This document shows positions 10,375-18,398 of a stretch of 64,000 nucleotides of DNA, in pieces (positions within the stretch are counted from its first letter, which is position 1; every line of letters begins with the position of its first letter). The DNA is from a bacterium (GTDB taxonomy: Bacteria > UBP6 > JAFGXH01). The translations under genes were made by a program, and so were the position numbers. The stretch is taken from assembly GCA_027064085.1 (NCBI GenBank), contig JAMOQH010000157.1, forward strand, positions 706-64,705. The letters are read 5' to 3'. The notes under the pieces were generated by a model. The model saw only the letters and a list, made by a program, of their open reading frames with translations. It had not been told where the DNA came from and searched no databases.

Positions 10375-10860
10375 ATGAAAACAGCATTTACCTTACTTGA
10401 AGTTACAATTATAACAATGATTGTTGCTTTTTTAGTTATATCTACAAATTTTTTTAATAAGGAAATAGTTTCCAATAACATAAAAGGAGCTCAATTATCC
10501 TTAATGAAGTTATATAAAGCAGAGAAGCTGTACTTTAAAGAAAACAAAAAATACACAGATAATTTAGAAAAAATTTGGAAATATCAAAAAAGAATACCGG
10601 AATACCCTGTAACAATTGTAGATTTCAGAAAAAGAAGTTTGCATAAAGAAAAAGAACCTATCCTGCACTTCAGGATTGACCACTACTACATCGATATAAA
10701 AACCTCTGACAACAATCAAAAATTTAAAATAATTGCAAAGGTTCCTACTGCAGATAAACGCTCTAAAGAACTTCCAGTATTTACAATAAATAATGATAAA
10801 GAGAAAATGCCTAAAAGTAAAAATTTATGGTTAATAAATACTCAAAATGATGATGAATAA
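10375..10860 (+). CDS. prepilin-type N-terminal cleavage/methylation domain protein (type IV minor pilin / pseudopilin-like)
   Basis: The N-terminus 'MKTAFTLLEVTIITMIVAFLVIS' carries the FTLLE N-methylation motif plus a hydrophobic helix. Ala rather than Gly sits at -1. The protein is 161 aa and lies 4 bp after the DUF72 gene. Confidence 0.6.
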   Translation: MKTAFTLLEVTIITMIVAFLVISTNFFNKEIVSNNIKGAQLSLMKLYKAEKLYFKENKKYTDNLEKIWKYQKRIPEYPVTIVDFRKRSLHKEKEPILHFRIDHYYIDIKTSDNNQKFKIIAKVPTADKRSKELPVFTINNDKEKMPKSKNLWLINTQNDDE

Positions 10861-12025
10861 TACTTATGCTGTAGTAATTACAGTAAAAAAAAATATAATC
10901 TATAATTATAAATTATTAATAACAGTTTTATTAATAATGCTTTTAACTCAATTTATATATATTATTGTACTGAAAATAAAAAGAAAGAAGCGTAAAAAAA
11001 ACCTAAATAAGTTTGAAGACTTATCATCAATTCTTATACCATTAAATCAAAAAATAAACACTCTAAAGGAAGATAAAAAAAATTATATAACAACCTTATC
11101 AGAAATACAAGAAGAAATAAAATTATATAGCGAAGAAATACTTAATATTATAGAAACAGGTGTTTTATTACTTGATAAGGATAGTAATGTTATATATCAA
11201 AATAACTGGTTTAAAGAAAACAATATTAACAATTTATCTTTAATAACTAAAATTAAGGATAATAATACTGAAAAAGAAATAAATAATAATTTTTTTTTAA
11301 TTAAAAATAAAAAATATGAAAACATGTCTGTTTATACAATTAATGATATAACAGAAATAAAAAAACTAGAACAAGAAATTCAGATAAAAGAAAAACTAGC
11401 TTATTTAGGAGAAATGTCCGCTTCAATAGCTCATGAATTTAAAAATTCTCTTACAGCGATAAAAGGATTTGCCTCTGCTCTAAGAAGAAAATCAGATAAC
11501 CCAGCAATCGTTAAAAATGTTTCAGCAAACATAGAAGAAGAAGTTGATTATTTCCATAAAATACTAATTGATTACTTAAATTATTCTAAAGAAATAAGCT
11601 TAATAAAAGAAAATATAAATGTTAAATCTTTTTTTAATGAAATAATTTCAAAGATTTTTAATGATTCAAATATCACAATAACTACACATATTAAAAATAT
11701 TTATGCAGATAAAGACAAATTAAAACAGGTTTTTATAAATTTAATAAAAAACTCTGTGGAAGCATCAGACAATTCATCTTTGATCGAAATAGAAATAGAA
11801 AATATTGATAAAATGACAAAAATTTTAATAAAAGATAAAGGAACCGGCATTACTGAAGAAAATATGAAAAAAATATACAATCCTTTTTTTACTACTAAAT
11901 CCACCGGTACCGGCTTAGGCACATCTATTTCTTATCAAATTATAAAAGCCCATAAAGGAACATTAGAGTACAAAAACAGACCCCATAAAGGAACAATTAC
12001 AATTGTTAACATTCCAAATTCTTAA
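10847..12025 (+). CDS. sensor histidine kinase (single TM, PAS-like, HisKA + HATPase_c)
   Basis: TM helix 'LLITVLLIMLLTQFIYIIVL'. H-box 'SASIAHEFKNSLTAIKGFASAL'. N/G boxes 'LIKNSVEA', 'DKGTGITEENMKKIYNPFFTTK', 'GTGLGTSISYQIIKAH'. It overlaps the pilin-like gene by 14 nt. Confidence 0.8.
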   Translation: MMMNNTYAVVITVKKNIIYNYKLLITVLLIMLLTQFIYIIVLKIKRKKRKKNLNKFEDLSSILIPLNQKINTLKEDKKNYITTLSEIQEEIKLYSEEILNIIETGVLLLDKDSNVIYQNNWFKENNINNLSLITKIKDNNTEKEINNNFFLIKNKKYENMSVYTINDITEIKKLEQEIQIKEKLAYLGEMSASIAHEFKNSLTAIKGFASALRRKSDNPAIVKNVSANIEEEVDYFHKILIDYLNYSKEISLIKENINVKSFFNEIISKIFNDSNITITTHIKNIYADKDKLKQVFINLIKNSVEASDNSSLIEIEIENIDKMTKILIKDKGTGITEENMKKIYNPFFTTKSTGTGLGTSISYQIIKAHKGTLEYKNRPHKGTITIVNIPNS

Positions 12026-12381
12026 ATACTAATATCTTTTAAAAATTGTTTCAAAAGGAGTGTCTTGAAAAGACCAAATTCTAATTTATTAGGGTCTAAT
12101 ATAATCGTGAAGTTAAAGTCTGGATTTAATTTACCTGTATAAAAAACCTTATTATCGAAAACGATAGCAAAACTCTTTAAAGAATCTGAAAAATTAAACA
12201 TATTTAAAGAGTTAAAAAACGATTTAAACAAATTATTAGATACACTTGATATTCCATAATCTATATTACTTCCAGTAATAACTAAATCATCTTCACTTGA
12301 ATAAACTCCAACCGACACAATTCCATCATTAGAATTTTTTACCATGGTTGAAATAGCTTTATTCATTTTATCAATATCCAT
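12022..12381 (-). CDS. small hypothetical protein, possibly roadblock/LC7-like
   Basis: 119 aa. 'GIVSVGVYSSEDDLVITGSNIDYG' loosely resembles the roadblock/LC7 (MglB-like) core. It is the last gene of a three-gene minus-strand operon and shares a TTAA stop overlap with the convergent kinase gene. Confidence 0.3.
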   Translation of the reverse strand: MDIDKMNKAISTMVKNSNDGIVSVGVYSSEDDLVITGSNIDYGISSVSNNLFKSFFNSLNMFNFSDSLKSFAIVFDNKVFYTGKLNPDFNFTIILDPNKLEFGLFKTLLLKQFLKDISI

Positions 12382-12388
12382 AATACCT

Positions 12389-12799
12389 CTATATCTTATC
12401 TTTAAAAAATTCCTTATACTTCATATCTGACTTCAAAATATGATTTATTATCCATTCTCTTAAAAAATCAAGTAACTTAATGACCTCTATCATTGTTATG
12501 CCTTTTTTATATGCATCTATAGCTTCAACAACAGTGTTTAGAAACTTTTCATGTTCAACATGTTGTAAAGCTAAGTGGTGATAGTTATACTTTTCCATCA
12601 TCTTTTCTTCTGCCTTAAAGTGATATACGGTATATTTTGCTAATTCATTAAAAATAATCTCTATATGCTTTTTATTATTAGTACTATCAACAACAGAATG
12701 CAGTAAGTTTAATAAATCAACAAGCCTTTTATGATGGGTATTAAAAAGTTCAACTCCAACATTAAATTTATCTTTGTCCCATTTTATAATTAAGCCCAT
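12389..12799 (-). CDS. bacteriohemerythrin-like (hemerythrin HHE cation-binding domain) protein
   Basis: 136 aa. Iron-ligand pattern 'FNTHHKRLVDLL...HFKAEEKMMEKYNYHHLALQHVEHEKF...HILKSD' fits the H..HHE...H...H...D motif of hemerythrins. Confidence 0.7.
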   Translation of the reverse strand: MGLIIKWDKDKFNVGVELFNTHHKRLVDLLNLLHSVVDSTNNKKHIEIIFNELAKYTVYHFKAEEKMMEKYNYHHLALQHVEHEKFLNTVVEAIDAYKKGITMIEVIKLLDFLREWIINHILKSDMKYKEFFKDKI

Positions 12800-13452
12800 T
12801 ATACTCCTATCTCGCCCTTAATAACAGATATAAATTTAGGATATATCGCATTTAAAAACATCCCTACCCCTAATTTTTTTAAATCAATAAGAAAACTAAA
12901 CGAAATCTCAGTATTCTTAATATCACCTAACACCAAAGCTACATCTTCTGATATTTCAAAATATACATATTTAAATTCACTTTCAGAAACATTCATCAAG
13001 CTAAACTTTGAACGAAGTTCTTGATATACAGAGTAATAAACATCAGTTGCAAATGTATTTTGATTATATCCAGAAATAAGAGTCCCATCATTCTTCTTAA
13101 ATAATTCAATAAAAAAGATTCCCCTTCCAAAATCATCTTTAAAATCCATAATTAAGTTATTAAGCTTTAATATATTTAATTTAATATTATTGTTTTTATT
13201 CTCAAAAATAGTTTTTAAATGTCTGATTGCATTTTTATGAGATTTTTCCATAATATCTTTATATACTAAATCTTCTTTTTTAGTATAAACATTTTTGTTG
13301 CTCCAAACGACCTCACCTTCTTGAAAGACCTGAGAAACAACAACATTTACTTTTTTCCTATTAATGAACTCTGTCTGTATATGATAAATTACATCTTGAA
13401 TATTAATATTGTGATTTAATAACTGCATCTGAACCTTTAAAAACATAAACAA
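12799..13452 (-). CDS. hypothetical protein (first gene of the hemerythrin operon)
   Basis: 217-aa ORF whose stop overlaps the hemerythrin start (ATGA). No recognisable motif. Confidence 0.4.
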   Translation of the reverse strand: MFMFLKVQMQLLNHNINIQDVIYHIQTEFINRKKVNVVVSQVFQEGEVVWSNKNVYTKKEDLVYKDIMEKSHKNAIRHLKTIFENKNNNIKLNILKLNNLIMDFKDDFGRGIFFIELFKKNDGTLISGYNQNTFATDVYYSVYQELRSKFSLMNVSESEFKYVYFEISEDVALVLGDIKNTEISFSFLIDLKKLGVGMFLNAIYPKFISVIKGEIGV

Positions 13453-13552
13453 TAAATTATAAACTTTTTTAGTAAAAAAAACAAGTTTTTAATAAATATT
13501 GATTATTTTGCTTTATTTTGCTATAACTAAAATTAGTTTTTAAGAGGTTTTT

Positions 13553-14635
13553 ATGAAAAAAATTTTAGCATTATTCGCAATTTTAATATTTATTACCATT
13601 TCTTGTTCTAAAGAAACAAAAAAAATTGTTCACTTAAGATACAATTCGCTTGATAGGATAAAAGTTATTCCTATTGCTATAAACGAAAGAGGTGGAACAG
13701 ACCAAATAACAACTTTTATTTCTCAACTAACAGAAAACTCATTTAAGCAATCAAAAAGATTTGAACTTATGGACTTAAATAATTGGGCATTAATGAGAGA
13801 TAATCCTAACACTATTGTTAAAATAAATAAAATACACTCTCAAATTAAAAGAGTTATAACATTCTTCCAAAACAATAAAATGGAAAAAGCTTTTGATTTA
13901 TCAGAAAGACTATTAACTCATTTATCTAAAAACTTTCAATATTTTGAAGATATAGATGAGGTTTATCTATTAAAGTCATATCAGGCTGCATCTGCAATGC
14001 TTGGTGATGTCATAGACTCTGAAAGATTTTTCAAACAACTTGCCATACTTGATCCTCATTATGATTTTGATTCAAATAAATTTGGCCCTGGAATACTCAA
14101 ACAATTTAAAGAAGCAGTAAAAGAAGCTAAAAGAGAGAAAAAAGGAATAATAACAGTTAATTCATCTCCTGTTACTGCTAAGGTTTTTATAAATGGTAAA
14201 TATGTTGGAGTAACTCCATTTCAATCAGAAAAAGTAAGAGCGGGTGAACACTATGTGAAAGTAGAAGCGGATGGCTATCTTCCTTATGGAGAAATCATTA
14301 CCGTTTTACCTCAAGAAAATCCGGTTGAAGCAAATTTTAAAAGTTTTTCAATTAACCGAGAATTAAATATTTTAAGGACTTCATTAACAAAATCAATAGA
14401 GAGCAAAGATGTAAAATTCCCAAAAATGGTTTTAAAGTTCTTAAGAGTAATTCCATTTGATCAACTCATTCTTATTAGAGCAAGAACAGTAAATAGTGAA
14501 ATATTTATAAAAGTATTTGTATATGATGTCCCAACAACATCTCTATATAAAACCGGTAACTTTAAGCTAAACCTAGATAGTGAACACCTTGAAGACATAT
14601 TCAAAAATAATATCGAAAGAATCTTAAACTACTAA
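13553..14635 (+). CDS. PEGA-domain lipoprotein
   Basis: Signal peptide plus lipobox 'ITISCSKE'. PEGA-like segment 'ITVNSSPVTAKVFINGKYVGVTPFQSEKVRAGEHYVKVEADGY'. Confidence 0.55.
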   Translation: MKKILALFAILIFITISCSKETKKIVHLRYNSLDRIKVIPIAINERGGTDQITTFISQLTENSFKQSKRFELMDLNNWALMRDNPNTIVKINKIHSQIKRVITFFQNNKMEKAFDLSERLLTHLSKNFQYFEDIDEVYLLKSYQAASAMLGDVIDSERFFKQLAILDPHYDFDSNKFGPGILKQFKEAVKEAKREKKGIITVNSSPVTAKVFINGKYVGVTPFQSEKVRAGEHYVKVEADGYLPYGEIITVLPQENPVEANFKSFSINRELNILRTSLTKSIESKDVKFPKMVLKFLRVIPFDQLILIRARTVNSEIFIKVFVYDVPTTSLYKTGNFKLNLDSEHLEDIFKNNIERILNY

Positions 14636-14636
14636 A

Positions 14637-15731
14637 ATGTTCTTAAAAAACATCAAAATCAATAATTTTAGAAATATTCAAAACGAAGACATTAACTTTT
14701 CTAAAAACATTAATATAATATACGGAGATAATGGTAATGGAAAAACAAATCTTCTAGAATCTATTTACTACACAACATCTCTCAAGCCTATTAAAAAAAA
14801 ACACAAATTAATTCATTTAATAAATGAAAACAGTAAAGCTTCAATAATTAAATCTACTTTTGAAAATAACGACTATAAAGAGATTATAAAAATAGCAATA
14901 ACACCAGAAAAGAAAGCTTTAATTTATAATCAAAATAACAATACAAATATTCAATCATATCTCCACAAATTCAAATCGGTTCTTTTTACACCTGATGATT
15001 TAATGATAATAAAAGGAGAACCACAAAAAAGGAGAGATTTCTTCAACAAAGCAATATTTCATTTAAATCAATATTATTACAGCAATCTTATAGAATACAA
15101 CAAAATATTAAAAACAAGAAATAAGATTTTAAAAGATATAGCAGAAGGAGATAAAAGGCAATTAGCAATACTTGAAATAATCAATGAACAATTTACAGAT
15201 ATTTCATTAAAAATATATCAAAATAGAATTAACTACCTAATAAACTATATTCCAATCTTAATAAATACAGTAAATCAATTATCAAAAAAAGATTTTTTAC
15301 CATATTTAATATACAAAACAGATTTTAACTATAAAAATAGAGATGACTTCTTAAGTAAATTAAAGTCAAAACAAAAAAGAGAAATATTATACAAAAGAAC
15401 ATTAACTGGCCCCCACTTTGATGATTATAAAATAATTACCAATGATAAAGAAATAAAATTCTTTGGTAGCCAAGGAGAAATAAGACTTTTTACACTAGCC
15501 ATGAAAATTGCTCATATAATATATGTCAAAGAAACAACAAATAATTACCCTATATTATTATTAGACGACATCTCAAGTGAACTAGACAGTAATAGAAAAG
15601 AGTTTTTATTTAACTTTCTCAAAACAATTGACTCACAAATATTTATAACAACAACTGCCATTAATCATATACCTAAGCTAGAAAACATGGACTTCCTCGA
15701 AATAAAAAATGGAAAAACTAATTGGAAATGA
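14637..15731 (+). CDS. recF: DNA replication and repair protein RecF
   Basis: N-terminus 'FLKNIKINNFRNIQNEDINF...IIYGDNGNGKTNLLESIYY' (RecF Walker A). 364 aa. SMC-like C-terminus 'LLLDDISSELDSNRKEFL' (D-loop / Walker B region). Confidence 0.85.
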   Translation: MFLKNIKINNFRNIQNEDINFSKNINIIYGDNGNGKTNLLESIYYTTSLKPIKKKHKLIHLINENSKASIIKSTFENNDYKEIIKIAITPEKKALIYNQNNNTNIQSYLHKFKSVLFTPDDLMIIKGEPQKRRDFFNKAIFHLNQYYYSNLIEYNKILKTRNKILKDIAEGDKRQLAILEIINEQFTDISLKIYQNRINYLINYIPILINTVNQLSKKDFLPYLIYKTDFNYKNRDDFLSKLKSKQKREILYKRTLTGPHFDDYKIITNDKEIKFFGSQGEIRLFTLAMKIAHIIYVKETTNNYPILLLDDISSELDSNRKEFLFNFLKTIDSQIFITTTAINHIPKLENMDFLEIKNGKTNWK

Positions 15732-15739
15732 AAAATGTT

Positions 15740-17065
15740 TCACGAGGAACATTCTATAAAAAAACCCAGCATTTCAATATCTGAAAAATAATTTGGATAT
15801 GATGATCCAAGATTCTTAACATTGACTATTTTAACTCTTTTATTTTTTTTCATCCCAAGCAAGGAAGCCCCCATAATAATCCTATGATCATCATGTGCAT
15901 CAATCTTTATATTATTTAAACTATCACTGCCCATGAAACGAAGTTTTGAATTAGTCATTTCAACATTTATCCCCATATTAATTAGGTTTTCATATAAAAC
16001 ACTTACCCTGTCTGTTTCTTTATAGCGAATTGACTCCAAATTAAGAAATTCATAATAATATGGATATTGAACAAGAAAAAAAACAAGTGCCGGCAACATA
16101 TCCGGAGTATCAGCCATGTCAAATACAGCACTTTTTTTTACATTTCCTATAAGATTTAAGATATTATTATTATAAGTATACTCAACTCCCAGTTTATTTA
16201 AAAAATGAAGAATTTTTTTATCTCCCTGAGCATCATTTAAATCCAAATTATGAATATTTATATCTCCCTCAGAAAGAACTGACGCAAGAATAACATAAGT
16301 AGCAGAAGAAAAATCACTTGGAACGGTAAATTCAAAATACTCCATCTTTCTAATAGGATTTATAATCATTTTTTTGTAATTATGATTTTTAATATTTACC
16401 CCTACTCTTTTCAGGTGAAATAAAGTCATGTCAACATAAGGTTTCTCACTTAATTCATCGATGTAAACAGTTGATTGTTCAGTTAAAAAAGATAAGCTCA
16501 ATAAAAGAGATGATAAAAATTGCGAAGATTTTCCTGAGATATGAGTAATTCCTGGTTTAATATTTTTTGTGATATAAAAAGGGATTTCTTTTTCTGTATT
16601 AAATCCATAGTCTAAACCAAGGGAGTGTAGAGATATTAATAATTTTTTTATTTTTCTTTTTCGTAATTGATTATCTCCATCTATTATAAGCTTTTGATTA
16701 TAAGATTTTAAATTACTGAAATATGTTACCATAAATCTTAATGCTGTTCCCGAATTTTTAAAGTTATAATTTTCTTTAATAATTAATTTGCGAGATTCTT
16801 TAATAAATAAAACATCATTTTTTTTATCAATACTGAATCCTAAGGATTTTATTATTTTTACAAAATTATCTACATCCTCACTTTTTAAAAGATTTTTTAT
16901 AATAGAGCTTTTACTATATAAAGATAACAATAATGCTCTAAATGAATGTGATTTAGATGGTGGTGGAAAATAATCACCTTTAACAAAACCTCTATTGCTC
17001 ACAGTAATTTCATTGAAGTCACTCAAAAAACGACCTCCAAAATCAAACGACATTAAATAAACCAA
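15740..17065 (-). CDS. aroA: 3-phosphoshikimate 1-carboxyvinyltransferase (EPSP synthase) AroA-like
   Basis: 'PPPSKSHSFRALLLS' corresponds to the AroA 'PGSKSxSNRALLLAAL' motif. 'GKSSQFLSSLLL' and 'SDFSSATYVILASV' are also present. The C-terminal 'AHDDHRIIMGASLLG...SSYPNYFSDI' matches the AroA 'DHRMAMxxSL...FPDYF' pattern. Confidence 0.75.
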   Translation of the reverse strand: MVYLMSFDFGGRFLSDFNEITVSNRGFVKGDYFPPPSKSHSFRALLLSLYSKSSIIKNLLKSEDVDNFVKIIKSLGFSIDKKNDVLFIKESRKLIIKENYNFKNSGTALRFMVTYFSNLKSYNQKLIIDGDNQLRKRKIKKLLISLHSLGLDYGFNTEKEIPFYITKNIKPGITHISGKSSQFLSSLLLSLSFLTEQSTVYIDELSEKPYVDMTLFHLKRVGVNIKNHNYKKMIINPIRKMEYFEFTVPSDFSSATYVILASVLSEGDINIHNLDLNDAQGDKKILHFLNKLGVEYTYNNNILNLIGNVKKSAVFDMADTPDMLPALVFFLVQYPYYYEFLNLESIRYKETDRVSVLYENLINMGINVEMTNSKLRFMGSDSLNNIKIDAHDDHRIIMGASLLGMKKNKRVKIVNVKNLGSSYPNYFSDIEMLGFFIECSS

Positions 17066-17134
17066 ACCAACGCCCCCCTATTCCACGCAAAGATAAAAAA
17101 ACACTCACCAGTGGGTAAATTAAAGGCGTTTCAG

Positions 17135-17632
17135 TCATCCAACAGCGACAATACCTTTTATTTTTGCTAAATCAAGTAATGACGGAGTTATTAATATAGG
17201 ATATTGAATATCTGATGAAGTACTCAATAAATAAAATTGTTCTTCTATTTTATTTTTAATAAGTATTGTATTTAAAAAATCTAATAAAGTTTCAACATCA
17301 AACCTAGAGCCATTTATCCTAAAAGCTTTTTTATATTTTTTACCATTTACAACTAGTTCTAGTTTATTTTTTTTTAAACAATTTATTTTTTCTATTTTGA
17401 ATTGAGGATATCGATTAATAACATTATGAGTTAGTTTATTTATTATATAGTGATAATCTTCACAATCATTATATTCAAATAAGTCAAATTGAAAAATTGC
17501 TAAATTTATATATTTTTTTTCTGGAAAATTTAAAAACTGTTCTTTGATGATATTGATTTCAGTATTTTTAAAATTATTAAACCAATTTATATTATCATAA
17601 TCTTCAAAAATTATTATATCCTTCATAATCAT
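17135..17632 (-). CDS. hypothetical protein
   Basis: 165-aa ORF upstream of and co-oriented with aroA. No recognisable motif. Coding-like composition. Confidence 0.4.
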   Translation of the reverse strand: MIMKDIIIFEDYDNINWFNNFKNTEINIIKEQFLNFPEKKYINLAIFQFDLFEYNDCEDYHYIINKLTHNVINRYPQFKIEKINCLKKNKLELVVNGKKYKKAFRINGSRFDVETLLDFLNTILIKNKIEEQFYLLSTSSDIQYPILITPSLLDLAKIKGIVAVG

Positions 17633-18398
17633 ACTCCCAAATAAATATTAGTTTATTATATTTATTTATATACTTAAATCAATCTTTTTATTAATTTATT
17701 ATATATCTTTTTCTTTTATTGTTATGCTTGGGGGTAAAATGTGGAAAACTTTTATAGTTAAGTAATTTCAGTGTATTAGACGCGAAAACACTGTTGGTAA
17801 CTTTGTTGATAAGTCGTTATGTAGCTGTTATTAACTTCTTTAGTTAACACTGGTTAAGAGTATTTTACCAAGAATTAACTAATTAAAGATTTAATCAAGA
17901 TTAAGGAAAGGAGATATTAATCTTTCTTTAGTATTTAGTAATTGTTTATAAGGTGTTAATTAAATATTGATAAGTTTGTTGATAAGTTTTTATGCTGATT
18001 GTAATCTAATAATAATAATAACTAGTACTTATAGTAAATAAAGAGTTAAAAAAGTATTTTTAAATCTAAAGATGGTAATAAATTTGAAAGTCGTCATCGT
18101 AATAATAAAAAGAAAAGTGCATTTACTTCTTCTTTACTCATAAAAACTCCTTCCTTTTCCATTTAAACTCCTAAAAAAATCAAGAAAATCCTATTAAGAG
18201 TATAACATAAAATAGGACATTTCTACTTTGCTCCTACAAGCTATTTATTGTTATTGTAATTTATTCTATTATATGATAAACTAATAATATAATGAAGCTA
18301 GAGTGTTTCATTAACCGTTAATTATATTAAACAGGTGAACTTATACCGTTTATTTCGTAAAATAAAATCAAAAAGCTTACCTAAAAAAGAGGAAAAAC

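Noticed and set aside
11701-11922. 73-aa minus-strand ORF
   Set aside because: Antisense inside the histidine-kinase HATPase region.
5098-13452. Calling the 5-13 kb region a genomic island, prophage or complete defence island
   Set aside because: Only a single transposase-like gene is present. There is no integrase, no flanking direct repeats, no tRNA at the border and no phage structural genes. It is treated as a candidate accessory block only.
16788-16973. 61-aa plus-strand ORF
   Set aside because: Antisense inside aroA.
17633-18398. Possible CRISPR array, tmRNA, RNase P or SRP RNA in the long gap upstream of the helicase
   Set aside because: There are no regularly spaced direct repeats of CRISPR size. 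No tRNA-like acceptor/T-arm was found, nor conserved SRP or tmRNA strings. The sequence is about 75% A+T and unlikely to form the GC-rich helices of those RNAs. It is better explained as a long 5' leader.
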